Shown: positions 12,711 through 27,000, counted from the first letter of the whole stretch. The stretch: DNA of 63,718 bases, filler included, from Lenisia limosa (GCA_001655205.1; 12 parts of 12 records of this genome joined end to end with filler, not necessarily neighbours in it); one strand, 5' to 3'. Numbers and translations are program-made. Notes: a model not told the origin generated them from the sequence alone.

Positions 12711-13209
12711 GTGCATAGTGTTACCGGTATATATATGATACACAGTACACCATACATATCATATGATAGACTATATCATATCGAAATACGTATGCTGGGG
12801 ATGCACGCAGAAATCTGTGTGCACAGAGTTGTAAGGCAAATGATTGGGTGAACAAATTTGTATTATCTATAATCCAATATCTCTTATAAGCGTTATGGTG
12901 GTGAGGACGGCTTCGGCCAGATACATCCTTATATTTTTTTATTTCTATACTGTATTGTATATATGCTCACGGTCCTAAATGGTGTCANNNNNNNNNNNNN
13001 NNNNNNNNNNNNNNNNNNNNNNNNNNNNNNNTTAATTAATTAANNNNNNNNNNNNNNNNNNNNNNNNNNNNNNNNNNNNNNNNNNNNCCCCCCCCCCTCA
13101 TCCTTACGCAATATGTACATGTATAATATTCTTGTTCTAATGCACTAACAAAAAAATCCCCCAGGGTACATTTTTCATTCATTAAAATTCATGCTGCATT
13201 CCCCCCTCC

Positions 13210-14790
13210 TCCCACCTCCGCAATAGTACCGAGCATGTTGGTGATGAGAATGTGGGTATCTTCGCGCGGTTTGGGTGGATCCAAAGGCGCATGGACCTAG
13301 GAAGGGTGAAAATGGAAAATTATGAAACAAACAAAAATAGAAGCCCAATCTCATCAACTCGTTGTGTATAAGATAGGTAAAAGTAGATATGGGGGTGATA
13401 AGCCAAATATGGGGAGTAAGTATATTTCCTGCAGTATGTAGAAACAGGTTATGTTTATTCCATCGGTCAAATGTACAGTTAGTTATGAAGCCATCAGGAT
13501 CCGGCGGTTCAGAGGGGGGAAATGAGAGGTGTGAAATTGGAAAATTTATGAAACAACAACAACAAAAAAAAGCCCAAATCAAATGTGGGCCGTTCAACTT
13601 TCTAATTCCTAATGGAATGGAAAATTGCAATAGCAACCCCCCCCCCTCTCACCCTGGCGTCTTTGGCGTTCCAGACCGCTTTTGTAACAGTGGGTCGACT
13701 GTCAGCCTTATGTAACGCAAATAGCAGCTCAGCAAACGTGCTAAATGCGGTGACCTTATAATAAAAAAAAAAGACAAGATATCTCAAATAAATCCCCCAA
13801 AAAATAATTATACAAAAACCACTCGAATATTTCGGATGATTGTGAAGCACAAAAGGCACGGAGCAAACCTATAGAGGTGTCCAGAGACAAAGCCTGTGAT
13901 TGCAACGGTTTGGATTTGCTCTAAATAATTAGTAGGCAAAATACGACGGTCGTTTCAGCGTGGTAATTCATGGCGAAGTTCAGAATAATTAGTAGGTAAA
14001 ATATGATTTTTCGGTATTTACCTCGGATTTATGACAGTTATCGGGGATTCATCGAGGCTTTTTTTCAAAATTTTTCCACTTCACCCCCCTCACCAAAGAG
14101 CTTTGTGAGGCATTTGCGATTGTCATGGGCTGGGGAAGTAAAAAGAATGATGAGGAAGTAAAAATGACACAGTAATATTGAGTTGTGGTATAATCCCCAC
14201 ATTAGATATCGTATATAATTAATATATAATAGGAGTATTATCTACAACCTTGTTTTTTTTTATTTCTCATTGCAGTATGAATTATTTCACCCTCTCCCCC
14301 ACGATATTAATAGTATAGTTGTATTATTCCACCCCCCCCACAAGACGGAAGTGCGTTGTGGTTATACCCGGCCCGGCCAAGAGGTCCGTCTCCGACATTT
14401 GTGGTACCCTGAACTCCGGCAGCGGGACCCGGGGATTTTGGAGCAATTCCGGGGAGAGTGTTGACAGATACGTCTTCATCCGGAGCCACGAGACCACAGT
14501 CCTCGATACATGCCTAATATGGTAAGTGTATTCGTGAACATTTGCCTAATATGGAAAGTAAAGTGCATTCGTAAACACTTGCTAAATATGGTAAACAATC
14601 AGGGGAAAAATGTTAAACTTACCCCCCTCCACCTTGATATGATCCATGGCAGCCCCCCAGTATCCAAGGGAAATAGCCGCCCTTGCACGGTCCAGGCGAA
14701 TTGCAGCCAAAAGACTTAGGGATGGGGAGTGGGCAAATGGAGCGTTGACTGCCAGGGTGTTCGCGGCTACTTGGACGCCTGAGGGAATTA
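13210..14790 (-). CDS. Unidentified helical/TPR-like multi-exon gene fragment
   Basis: Exons GVQVAANTLAVNAPFAHSPSLSLLAAIRLDRARAAISLGYWGAAMDHIK, ACIEDCGLVAPDED..., VTAFSTFAELLFALHKADSRPTVTKAVWNAKDAR and VHAPLDPPKPREDTHILITNML, with canonical splice sites; family not identified. Confidence 0.5.
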
Positions 14791-16269
14791 TTGCAATTGT
14801 TGGAGGAGGGAGAGATAAGAATAGAATAATAAATATTCACTATCATTTTGTTTGAATTACAATACGCTTCCTTCCACTTTTCCTACCAATTGCGTTGGAA
14901 ACTAGCCCGTCAGCTGCAGCTAAAACGGGAAGGGACTCAAGGNNNNNNNNNNNNNNNNNNNNNNNNNNNNNNNNNNNNNNNNNNNNTTAATTAATTAANN
15001 NNNNNNNNNNNNNNNNNNNNNNNNNNNNNNNNNNNNNNNNNNACGCCGGTATGGTACACCGCTTCAATCTATCGGGTCAGAGGAGTCTGAGGGAACACAG
15101 CGTAAATGGAATGGAAACGACTAGTTTTAAAACCTTATATAGTTTTATTACTATTACTATTAGCTTGTAATGAAACAACATGCTTGTGTTCGCATTCCAA
15201 TTTATTTTGTAGTACCTGTGCATACGACCCTGAAATAGGCCGCCTCTACNNNNNNNNNNNNNNNNNNNNNNNNNNNNNNNNNNNNNNNNNNNNNNNNNNN
15301 NNNNNNNNNNNNNNNNNNNNNNNNNNNNNNNNNNNNNNNNNNNNNNNNNNNNNNNNNNNNNNNNNNNNNNNNNNNNNNNNNNNNNNNNNNNNNNNNNNNN
15401 NNNNNNNNNNNNNNNNNNNNNNNNNNNNNNNNNGGAGCATCATGTTTTGTTTTATGCACTCCTAGTTATATGGTTGAATGAATAGGATATGCTGGATGAT
15501 GAGAAGAGATGAGGTTTCCAAATCTGGAATAGTATTCAAGGACTACGACGAAGAGACATTGTATGGTGACTTGTTCAGTGAAGGAGGTCTCATTAATACG
15601 ATGCAAAACAGCCCTTCTGTGATTGAATTTAAGCTAAAAACGCCAACAATTTCAGGCAGAAGGGCAATATGGCTATGTAAAAAAAGGTCTCAATTGAAGA
15701 CATTCTTGCGCACAAAAAAGCCGCTTTTGTGCCACCTTTCTCCCTTATCTTACCTGTGACAGATCATAAACCTGTAGCTTGACTCCTGACATGGTCACTA
15801 GCCTCTCTGGGCAAAGTCTTCACACAACTTTGGTCTTCTCCAACTCCTATTTCTATACTCTATTTAACTTTATACTTGTGTTTTATTCTTATTTTAGTTT
15901 TCAACTACTGATTATATTACAACACACTATTATTACTAAACCCAAAAAACAAAAACACAAAAATTTCAACCTGAAAATACAAAAATTGACAAAAATGAAT
16001 TGTTTTTTTTTCTCTGTTGATGAAGGCATCTTTTTACCTTGATTCTTGGTGACTTCTACAATAAACTCAGAAGAAACAACACTGACCACTGCCCATTGCC
16101 GTTCTATACACAGACCACTGCCCATTGCTGTTCTAAAACTCCACCACATTGCATTGTTCCGTATGCTGTCTTGTTGAAGCTGCGTTCCAGAAATGTAGAA
16201 AAGAAATCATATATATTGAGCTTTCAAACTGGCTGACAAAGACAGTCTAAAAGGCTGAGCAAGGTTTAC

Positions 16270-19012
16270 AGTTTAGCGTCCTCCTCGTTCACTGGGGAGG
16301 GAATTCCGCGGGGGGCTGCGTGGTGAAAATGTGGACACTGGATATGATACCAAAAAGACCGGAATGTCAAGAGTCCATGGATGGTATGCTCCGCCCCAAA
16401 CATTCAATAACTTGGATGCTGGCTGGGGTGAGGAGTTGGTCAGTGTCGCTTTCTACTGCGTAAAACAAAAACAAAACATTGGAAAATTAAGTAACAGAGA
16501 GTAAACAAAAGCACCCCTCCCCATACTCTTCAAGGATGCCTTCACCACCACTTTAGCCCCACATCCCCATACTCTTCTTAGTTGGTAGCTTCACGATCTG
16601 AGCGCTCTGTTTCGGCGGAGCGGAGGTGGACTGGGAACGCACGCGGTTAACGGGGCGTTCGGCAAGGACGGCATTGGACAGAATCTCCTGAGGGGGGGGG
16701 GGTATCAGATTATATAGCGCTGTAAAATGCTCTTGTTGATGATCGAAAAACAAAATTGTGAGGGCAAAGGTCCAGAAGAAATAGGAAGAGAGTCTGTGTA
16801 AGTCCAACTTCATTATATTGGACATATTGTTGCTTCTACCCCCCCCCCCCNNNNNNNNNNNNNNNNNNNNNNNNNNNNNNNNNNNNNNNNNNNNNNNNNN
16901 NNNNNNNNNNNNNNNNNNNNNNNNNNNTGATGACGACGTTGGGGGCCTTTTCGGTGTTGGTGGCAGTGAGGGCCTCTGGTGGTGTCAGAGGCAAAGGTTG
17001 GATTGTGATGATGATGTTTAAAAGGATGCAGATCTATGTATTAAGATGCGATGAAAGAGTAAGAATTTAAGGATGATGCTAACGAACAAAGGGTGTTGAA
17101 TATGATGAACAAAAACAAGGTCAGTCTTCGACTACTATCCCCCCACTAAGATAGGCGGTCCTCGTGATGCAGAGTAGCTGGACCTTGCCAACGACAGAAG
17201 CAGTGAAGTCCGGCTTAAATACCTCCATTTCTGCGGAGTCGTGAGGGGGGGAGTAAAATTGGAAAATTTATGAAACAAAAAGGGCCCAAATCAACTCTGT
17301 TGACTGACAACACACAAGGGTTGATCACAACAAAACAAACAAAGCCCAAGGTGTATAAAGAAGGAAATGCTTCCTTTATAACAAGTTAAATCCGAAAAGC
17401 CCATATCATATCTGTTCCCTTTCACCACACCCCTCCCAAGAAATGAGTTTGTTTCTTGTTTTCATTACCCCCCCCCCCCCCCNNNNNNNNNNNNNNNNNN
17501 NNNNNNNNNNNNNNNNNNNNNNNNNNNNNNNNNNNNNNNNNNNNNNNNNNNNNNNNNNNNNNNNNNNNNNNNNNNNNNNNNNNNNNNNNNNNNNNNNAGG
17601 GAACTCCTCAGGTCCGGACAGGACGCGGAGCTTACCCTGATAGGTAAAACAGAGGAAATTTCGATGAATATTGGGAGTGAAGGTACTGATCACTCCGAAT
17701 AATCAAAAACTCCAATCCTGAGAAACAAGCGCTAAAACCAGACAAAAACCAGATGACACGAACAACTCTGCCATTAATGCTGTTGACCTCTCCCTCCCAA
17801 CTTGAAGAACAATCGTGAAGGCGGAGGCCTGAGTGTCACGCTTGTAAACGAGGGTCGGCTGGTCATCAGGGGTCTCCTCGAGGTTCAACACATGGCCTCC
17901 TGGGGGGGGGGGGNNNNNNNNNNNNNNNNNNNNNNNNNNNNNNNNNNNNNNNNNNNNNNNNNNNNNNNNNNNNNNNNNNNNNNNNNNNNNNNNNNNNNNN
18001 NNNNNNNNNNNNNNNNNNNNNNNNNNNNNNNNNNNNNNNNNNNNNNNNNNNNNNNNNNNNNNNNNNNNNNNNNNNNNNNNNNNNNNNNNNNNNNNNNNNN
18101 NNNNNNNNNNNNNNNNNNNNNNNNNNNNNNNNNNNNNNAAAATCATAGAGTCTTAAGAAAGGGCCTATTGCGTACCTTGAATAAGTCGGCGGAGAATACT
18201 GGGTGAAATCACTACACTCGTGAGAAGGTTGTTTTGTTATTGACAGCAAGTTATCCATGAATTGCAATTTCGCTTAAAAATGGACCAAATCCGTCAATAA
18301 ATTATCTAACCCCCACCATTGAAACTGAAACAAGGGACATTGGCAGTCAGGAATGCTTCGATGGCCTTGACCTAGTAGTGGTAAAGGGGTTAAGATAGGC
18401 AAGAATTTAGTTGACACTAACCAGACATAGATTAAGTAATACAGTAAACAAGAACTTGGCAATTCGTATGAGTCGGAAAAAAAAATAGCCAACTGTTGTT
18501 GAGATAGAAGCACATGATAGAAAAGCATCAAGACGATCCAAACTGATCCAAAACTGACCCAACTCGAACCATCTATAAACACAACCATGACCACCTCCCA
18601 ACCTGAGGACCAACGAGCTCCGGTTTGCGTTTACGACCCAAAGCATCCTGAAAGGTAAAAGGGGGGATGGGGCTAAGGGAACAATCAGGGGAAAGGGAAA
18701 GAGACTCACTACCCACCTGGAAAGCGGTATAGTCAATACGAGGGACGGGAGAAGTGCTGTTCTCATTGAAGCCTGAAAGTGGTCAAATGTGTTGCTGTTG
18801 AAAGAAAAGAAAAAACAAGGAACAAAGAAACAAGAGAAGGAAAGCGAAGAGAAGAGAAGAGACGAGAAGAGAAAGAAGAGAAGACACCCCCCACTATTGG
18901 CGTCAGTCTCGTCAAAGATCTCATGCTGCAGCAACTCCTCCAAAACATCCTCCAAAGTGCAAATTCCGATAGCCTGGTAGATCGAGTCCTTGTCTTCCTG
19001 CTCGAATACGTC
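16270..19012 (-). CDS. CNNM: CNNM/CorB-family metal (Mg2+) transporter: end of CBS pair plus cyclic-nucleotide-binding-homology domain; 5' part lost in the gap at 19037
   Basis: [23 protein letters not shown] (18890-19012); then [63 protein letters not shown] and [24 protein letters not shown], colinear with animal CNNM CBS2-CNBH as I recall it. Confidence 0.85.
17240..17352 (-). repeat. Dispersed intron-end repeat family D (~110-130 bp), type copy
   Basis: Consensus (ACTGGT)CTGGGCTTTGTTTGTTTTGTTG..TGTTGTCAGCCAACAGAGTTGATTTGGGCTTTTTTGTTTCATAAATTTTCCAATTTTACTCCCC. Copies at ~1-52, 7792-7875, 9361-9440, 9505-9605, 11830-11890, 13290-13350, 13520-13590, 21262-21345, 23715-23788, 32445-32480, 32625-32688, 32870-32946, 48082-48120, 51195-51300, 52578-52645, 53575-53652. 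Confidence 0.85.
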
Positions 19013-19769
19013 CTGGTAGGGGGGGGGGGGTGAAATNNNNNNNNNNNNNNNNNNNNNNNNNNNNNNNNNNNNNNNNNNNNTTAATTAATTAANNNNNNNN
19101 NNNNNNNNNNNNNNNNNNNNNNNNNNNNNNNNNNNNATGAAAGCTTCGTAAGTTCTGCTTCCCACGTGCTAATAATTTCAATGGGGTCTTAGTACTATTG
19201 GTGATATTATGGTGGTTCTGAGTTTTTAAAACTATTTGTAGATTTCAATTCACCCACTAATACGGTTTAGCTTACAGAGTCATTCGAAACCCCAGTTGCC
19301 TTTGCCCGTGTGCTGACCCTGCCTTCGGGAAGCCATGAATTTGCGGTATTCTAGAGTGATAGGATGGAGTTCTCATCTGTCATAGCTGTTATGTAATATC
19401 ATATAATTACACACATAGCTACATATATAGTTGTAAGGCAAATGATTGTGGTGTTTGATACTCTGAAGTTTACGGACAAAATCTTAACAATCCTAGATTT
19501 TTATGGCAGGAGCAGGTGCCACGTCATCAATGGGCAGATGGATCAAATTATGTAGGATTGGCAGTTGAAATTCCCGACTGTACCCAAAAATGACTACATT
19601 TTTGATAAGTCCTTGATGAATATGATATTTATTAGCCTTTTTCTCACCGGTGAACCCCAATGATTAGGGCTTCCATAGCATTCTGAAAAAGACCAATAAA
19701 GTATTATTACCATCAAGCATGTGCTGAGATATTCTTTTTTTTTGTGTGTCAGGAAGCCCAATACTCGGT

Positions 19770-21880
19770 GAGACATATCATATAATGTCAGCTATAACTT
19801 TGTTCATTAATTGATCAGTCGGAATTGCCACGTCAACTGGCGCTGAAGTTAAGTCTTGCTCAGCCACCCCCCACACTACTCGTGTTGTGCCTGATGGTGA
19901 GGAACTGACGGTTTTTTTTTTTTGGTTTTTTTGCTGTTCCTCCGCTTCTTCTTTATTTTCTTTGCATCTGCTTCTTTCTTCTCTTCAGTCTCTTCCTCTT
20001 CCTCTAAAACCCGTGAAATGCTTCAGAAATCTCCATCTTTTGGATAAATAATGGCAATTGTCCCTAGGAGATTGAATTTTTCTTCATTATTTTTCACACA
20101 GAAAGCTGTATATACAGAGTTGAAGTGCAAATGATTGGTTGAATTTATATTTTACTTCAACAAAATATTCAATACGCGTGAAATAAACTTGTCTTGTGCT
20201 TTCTAATTGTTTAGTTATTTTCCCTCTTTCGCCCGGCACAGTAGCCTGTCAAATTTCGGTTCCCAAGGAGGACATGGAGGGAAGTGTCGTCATTTCTGGG
20301 ACACAATGTTGGAGGGAGGGGGATGTGATATACAGTGCCCTGGATAAGTTTTGATCGGTTTTCCTTCGGAAATCAAAGAGTAAATCTGTCAAGACCTGTC
20401 CCGGTCACTGTATAGTAGATGCATATTGATATACCGGGGGGGGGGGGNNNNNNNNNNNNNNNNNNNNNNNNNNNNNNNNNNNNNNNNNNNNNNNNNNNNN
20501 NNNNNNNNNNNNNNNNNNNNNNNNNNNNNNNNNNNNNNNNNNNNNNNNNNNNNNNNNNNNNNNNNNNTAACTATCGATATTTTGACGGTATTTTTTGGAC
20601 CGTAGGGACCCTAGTTATATTGTTAATCACAATTTTTATGGGTGCGCCAACTTGTGCTGGTGTTTTGATTTTCTGTTTTTCACTGTGCTATGTTTTTTGA
20701 TGCTGCGGTTTTCTTTACTTTCGGTTCCAAAAGACTGATAAAATGTCGATATTTCCGAGGATTCATCATAGATTTATCAAGGAGTTACCAAGGATTTATC
20801 AAGGAGTTATCAAGGATTTATCGAGGGCTTATCGAGGGCTTATCGAGGAGTTATCGAGGATTTAGCAAGGATTCACCAAGGATTTATCGGGGATTTATCA
20901 AGGATTCAGTCTTTTTTGGAACCTAAAGTGAAGCTCTATTTTTTTATGTTGTGTATTTGATGATGCTGACATCTTAGATCAAATTTACGGGTCCACGCCG
21001 TCAACATACCATATCTACCAGACGACCATCAGTATGAGCGGTTTTGGGACTAGGGCTTCATTTGGTATGAAAAAAGGAAGCAATTTCTCGGAAAATCCTC
21101 GAAACCTACCGTCTACTTGGAATTATTTCAGATTGTTTTGAGAGATTGTTTTCCACCAATCTTATAAGTCTACTTTTTACCCCCTTTACCCTCCCTCCCC
21201 CCCTCTTTCCCCCATCTTCACCTCCTCTTTGAGTACACTGAAGTGATGGGACCAGAAACGACTGGACTGGGCATTGTTTGTTTTGTTGTTGCCCTCGTGT
21301 AATTCGCAACAGAGTCGATTTTGGTCAATTGTATTTTTTCATACAGTGTCCATTTTCACTGGTTCGTTCGGTTGACTCGTTCACTTTTTCATTTTTTGTT
21401 TTCTGGAACCAGTTGTTTGTCCTGAGTATTAGTCTTGATGTCAAGCAAACTGTGACTATTCTAAACCATACTGATGCTGAGCAAAAAAGNNNNNNNNNNN
21501 NNNNNNNNNNNNNNNNNNNNNNNNNNNNNNNNNNNNNNNNNNNNNNNNNNNNNNNNNNNNNNNNNNNNNNNNNNNNNNNNNNNNNNNNNNNNNNNNNNNN
21601 NNNNNNNNNNNNNNNNNNNNNNNNNNNNNNNNNNNNNNNNNNNNNNNNNNNNNNNNNNNNNNNNNNNNNNNNNNNNNNNNNNNNNNNNNNNNNNNNNNNN
21701 NNNNNNNNNNNNNNNNNNNNNNNNNNNNNNNNNNNNNNNNNNNNNNNNNNNNGCTGATGTATCATTTGTTAATAAGTGTGAAAATGCAGCAAGGTGAACA
21801 GAATTCAGTGATGTGGCATAAGCCCATATTGTTCGTACCTGTAGAGATTCTTTTCTGTAGTCTGGTCTGGTCCGCGCTCT
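19770..21880 (-). CDS. Possible ankyrin-like gene with a charged terminal exon; strand and structure uncertain
   Basis: Terminal exon EEEETEEKKEADAKKIKKKRRNSKK... (~19770-20007); fragments NDDTSLHVLLGN, LLDIKTNTQDK and NSVHLAAFS resemble ankyrin pieces. Some + strand exons are equally plausible. Confidence 0.3.
20333..20410. mobile_element. MITE family B copy with TA on both sides
   Basis: TA-CAGTG...CACTG-TA. Confidence 0.8.
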
Positions 21881-22399
21881 GTCCATCCAGCTTTGATCCC
21901 CTTGGGGGTCGTATGCTTGGGAAGGCTCTAAGCGTTTTGATTGGGTTCTGTCTGACCGTTAAGGATTTTTTTTTTTTTTTTTCCCTTTTTTTTNNNNNNN
22001 NNNNNNNNNNNNNNNNNNNNNNNNNNNNNNNNNNNNNTTAATTAATTAANNNNNNNNNNNNNNNNNNNNNNNNNNNNNNNNNNNNNNNNNNNNTTGTGGA
22101 GACATAGGGCTGAAACGAAATACTCAAGACCCGAGAAAATATAACTAAACCATGGTGAAGAAAAGAAAACAGTTCCAAAATACTTGGTACGTTTATGAAT
22201 GTACATATAGTGAGGCAAAGTTATCAGGAAAACGACTGGGTTAATCGATTTTACAATGATCAAGGTGCGGATATACTATAATCAATATCTCTTAAAAGCG
22301 TGGGCGTCTTCGGCCAGATACTACTGTATTTCTCATCTCTACGTGATAGTCCATCAATCATAAGATGACAACCAGCATCCACAATGTCTCACCGTTTAT

Positions 22400-25300
22400 G
22401 TTGCAAGGGGAGGAAGGGGTTGATCAGATCATCAATGTTGGACAACATCTAAATGCCAATTAAATGACGAGGAAAATTGTGTAGCAAGCAGACAAAAAGG
22501 CATTAATCCTTACCACCCAGAAGATTTATAAAGTGATCGGAACGATTTACAATGTGATTTCCCAAGGAAAATCGGTCAAGACTTACCCTTGTAACTTAGT
22601 ATTGCTATATCGATAAAAACATGTATAGTATATTATAAATATATAGTATATTTATAAATGTACCTCACTACTAAATCAGAGCATAACCATAAACCTGTAG
22701 ATACCCCACCTTGGTAAAACTGTAGATAAAACCGTCACAATCGACCTCCTCTGGCTGGCATTGGTAGCTAAAGAGATAAGGGGGTATCAAACATGAATAG
22801 CATGGATACAGCTGTATTCTCAGAAAAACAGCAATAAGAATTGGGTTATGAAAAAAGCTGTGTTTGAGTATGTTCTGGTAGCAAGATTGATGGTTCATTT
22901 CAATCCACCTTCATGCCCCCCCAATTACAGATCAATCCACCCCCAATCACCTAGTGAAAACCTGGAATTGGAAAGAGAAGAGAGAAACTGCGCGCATTTC
23001 AGTCCTATAAAGTAAAAAAACAAAAAAGATTATGGTCCTTTTCAGGCGCAGAAGCATGGTAATTATTTAAGGAAGGTGGTTTAATGTATCCCTTGGCAAT
23101 TTACTGTGGTGTACGTACCATAGGGCAAAAATAGCCATTTCCTGCACTCTGATAAAGCTGTCAATGACGTTGGCAAACGGGGTGGGACCATTGCTTATTG
23201 GAAAGATTCCTGCACGTGTGAAAGGAAACTGCCAAATGTAGAGCTGAGTAATTAAAAAAGGTCTGGCCGGAGCCGTCAGCACAATTACGATTCTCAGAGA
23301 TATTGATAAATGCACATAAATAATACTCATCACTCAAAAGGAGGTAATCAGGCTTTAGAAACTACGCATCACCCAACATACGTCGATGATGCCAAAGAAA
23401 CAAACATCGCTCAACATACGTTGATGATGCTAAAGAAACAAAACATCGCTCACCGGAGCTTGAAGTGTACTGTGAAGAAGTGGTCGAGAGGCGACGTTGG
23501 TCTTTAAAGCGCTGGTTGCTGGGGGGTAAAAAAATGCACAAGGTAGAACAACAAATAATACTTGGAATTGGCTACTAAGAGGATAACATAAAACCCAACA
23601 CCCACGGCTTCTTGGGTTTTGTAGCGGGGATATAGAGCTTCTTCACTTCCTCAGAGAGCCAGGACTGCCGAGTTACAAAGCGTATATTAGATAGAAGTGG
23701 GGTGGGGGCGGCATTTTGATGAACCAACAGTTATTTTTGTTTCATAAAAGTTTTCACTGTTGTCACTACCCCCTCCCCTCCCACAGCAGTAGTGGCAATT
23801 GCAGCGATTTTGACGATATCATCATCGCCGATAAGCTGAATAGTCAGGGTCTCACTCAAACATGCCTTTTGAGAATTTCGCTTTTGATACATACACAACA
23901 TTTTTATCTGCATATATCAGATACATAAAAATATCCCACTCCCTCNNNNNNNNNNNNNNNNNNNNNNNNNNNNNNNNNNNNNNNNNNNNNNNNNNNNNNN
24001 NNNNNNNNNNNNNNNNNNNNNNNNNNNNNNNNNNNNNNNNNNNNNNNNNNNNNNNNNNNNNNNNNNNNNNNNNNNNNNNNNNNCGGTTTTCCTTGAAAAA
24101 TCATAGCAAATCGGTCAAGACTTATCCTGGTTAGTGTACATGTATATCATATGTACATGTACCCTCCCCCTCTCCATACTCTGACGTTGTACTGGTCGGC
24201 CATGAACTCCCTCTCCATAGACTGGACCTGCGCCTGGATCGAGTTCTGTCCAATGTCTTCACTCGCCATCGAGCCTCGGGAGTCTCCTGGGGGGGGGGGG
24301 NNNNNNNNNNNNNNNNNNNNNNNNNNNNNNNNNNNNNNNNNNNNNNNNNNNNNNNNNNNNNNNNNNNNNNNNNNNNNNNNNNNNNNNNNNNNNNNNNNNN
24401 NNNNNNNNNNNNNNNNNNNNNNNNNNNNNNNNNNNNNNNNNNNNNNNNNNNNNNNNNNNNNNNNNNNNNNNNNNNNNNNNNNNNNNTTGCAATCAGTCAA
24501 ATTTCCGGCGGTTCAGAGGGGGGATAAACAAAGGAGACTTTCATGGCGTGAAGCTATACGTCTGGTGTCTATTGCTGACCGAGTGCTGTTGAGACTTTTG
24601 CCCCCTCCACCGCCCTGGCATTCGACAACTCCTACCATATCATACTAAATATGTAGGCAGCACTAAGTTACCCACAACTTTGCCCTGATTATTCCAGCCT
24701 CCGACAACGTTTTAATGTTCATTGACGCGGTTCGACCCAAGCCGCACTTCATGACTCAGCTTAGGTTGATCTACTTCACTGTTGGTTTGATATACCATAT
24801 GGTAAAAGTAAGATGTCAGATTGAGATGTCGTCCATTGAGTAGAAGTACACCTATATATACTATGTATTTTCATTATTTTAACTGTTGTTTATTCAACGC
24901 ATTGTAATAGTTTAGATTTGGATCAAATCCATGTTAAATGTTTTGGTTTTTCAGCCTACAGGGAGAGCAACGATGAGTTTAATGCTAATTCCGTTATTTC
25001 TTGATTCCGTCACAGTCACACGACAGTTGTTCTGAAATTGTCTTTATCAAGGGTTATTATAAGTAATGCAGTCATACGGGGTCGCGATATGATATATAAT
25101 CCCGTTATAAATTTAGTACACCTCAAACACAATATGAAAAAGACATGTACACTCGTCCCTGACCGCTCTTTTCCAGTCATCCCTCAGTGCTCTACCTGAG
25201 TGCGGAACTCAAATTGACTTACTACTAGCATATTCCATCACCCCCAAATCTCCAAAGAAGGCAACCAACCTGGTTGAGAATATCAATGTATAAATTGCAA

Positions 25301-27000
25301 GAAAAAGTGACGAACATTTGAAGCAGCTCGATTCACAGTGAAGTGAAACACAATGGAAAATAATAATGATGGTAAAAAAAATAATAATGATGGTAAAAAA
25401 AATAATAGTAATAAAACAATTATGAACAAAAAATAATAATAATAAATCTATTGTATCATTTTTGTAAAGAGCTGAAATGAGTGCCATCCCACTAGTGGTG
25501 GTCGGCTCAGTTGAAGGTCCGTTGACGCTCTGCCACTCCGGATCTCGTCGTAGCAGGGCTATTAGACCCGAGTTGCCCTGGGGGCTGAATGAGGCTGAAT
25601 AAAGTGGGAAAGTAAAACAAAAACACGGGTTTAAAAAATATTATTTTTAAAAGAATACAGTGAGGAAGAAACAATAAACAAAAACTGGTTATACAATAGA
25701 GCTTCACGTTCACTCCCAGGAAACGTGTTTAAGGATTAACTAGAATTCACAAAAGAAACACAAAGCTCAAGGATTTTTTAAATATGTCCTTCTTACTCTG
25801 TTGTTTTCAGCCTCGGTTTGGGACATGGCCTACATCGTTACATAAAACAGCAGTACTATACAGTACGCTCATTAAAGGAAAAGCAGCAATATTTAGTTAG
25901 AGGAAGTACCAAACATGCTCATTGAAAGAGGAGGAGGAATATTTAGTCAGAAGGAAGTACCATATGTCGAGAAGTGAAAGTGGGGCTTCGACCAAAAGAG
26001 CGTCTTAGTTCATCCTTCAACTTGTCGCACAATCGGAGGAGTAATTGCTCTTTGAGGTAAATAATAGTATGTAGTGGTAATGCGCATATGGAGCCAACTA
26101 TATTTTAGATTGAATATTGACATTTTTGAAACACTCGATTTTCAATAAAAAACAAAAAAAAACAATCCATTGTTCATACATACCTATTTTGGCGTTGAGT
26201 GATTGGGCGTGTGAGGGTAGTTTCGTGGCACTCTTAGTCGCAGTTTTGATCATTTCGATTGCGGCTCGAGCGGCAGGCATCACCGAAGGGTCCGAAGGCT
26301 GTGTGGTCAGGAAACAAGGAAACAAAAAAGCGGATAGTAAAACGATAGTACTTGTACACAATGTTGGTAATGTGACTTATGGCACCCCCCACCCCGGGCG
26401 CAAAGTGTATTGAATTGACGAGTTGATATTTCATTCCAGAAACAAACGTGTGAGGGTGAGGAACAAGAACAAGAATTGCTTACTGAGTATTCTGCTGGGT
26501 AGTTGGGAGGAACGCAGAATGTGGCACTAGTCATATTCTTACGCTCTCTGCACGGGTTATAACTTATTGGTGTACACACAAACACCAAATATGTTGAGAT
26601 AAAATTGCTAAATGCTTTCCTGTTTAATTGCAATAATTAGTACAGTACTTCATGTTCATGATATGCATCCTACACGCAATGAAATCTGGTGTGTCGTTAT
26701 TTTTAAAAACTATATGGCATGGGAAATAAAAAGAAAGGTTGTATCTGGCCGAAACCGTCCACACCCATCACGTTTATAAGAGATATTGAATTATAGTATA
26801 ATAGTAATTCACTCAATTATTTGCCTTACCAAAAAGAGAGACCCATCACGTTTCTCAATTTTTATTAATACATACGAGTCAATATGACAATAATATAGTA
26901 TGACATTAGAAACAAACCCTTCAAGCAGCTTTTCAACCAGGTGATTGATGTAGGCGGGAGATAGCTGGGTATGGATCCATTCATCGAATGGTTCAACTAA
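22400..27000 (-). CDS. Unidentified multi-exon gene or genes
   Basis: Many AG/GT-bounded open exons, e.g. EPFDEWIHTQLSPAYINHLVEKLLE, ERKNMTSATFCVPPNYPAEYS, PSDPSVMPAARAAIEMIKTATK, GDSRGSMASEDIGQNSIQAQVQSMEREFMADQYNVR, LIGDDDIVKIAAIATTA; no family recognised. Confidence 0.5.

Noticed and set aside
15478-15759. 93-aa single-exon ORF as a possible transposase remnant
   Set aside because: No DDE, RT or other motif recognised; too short to call.
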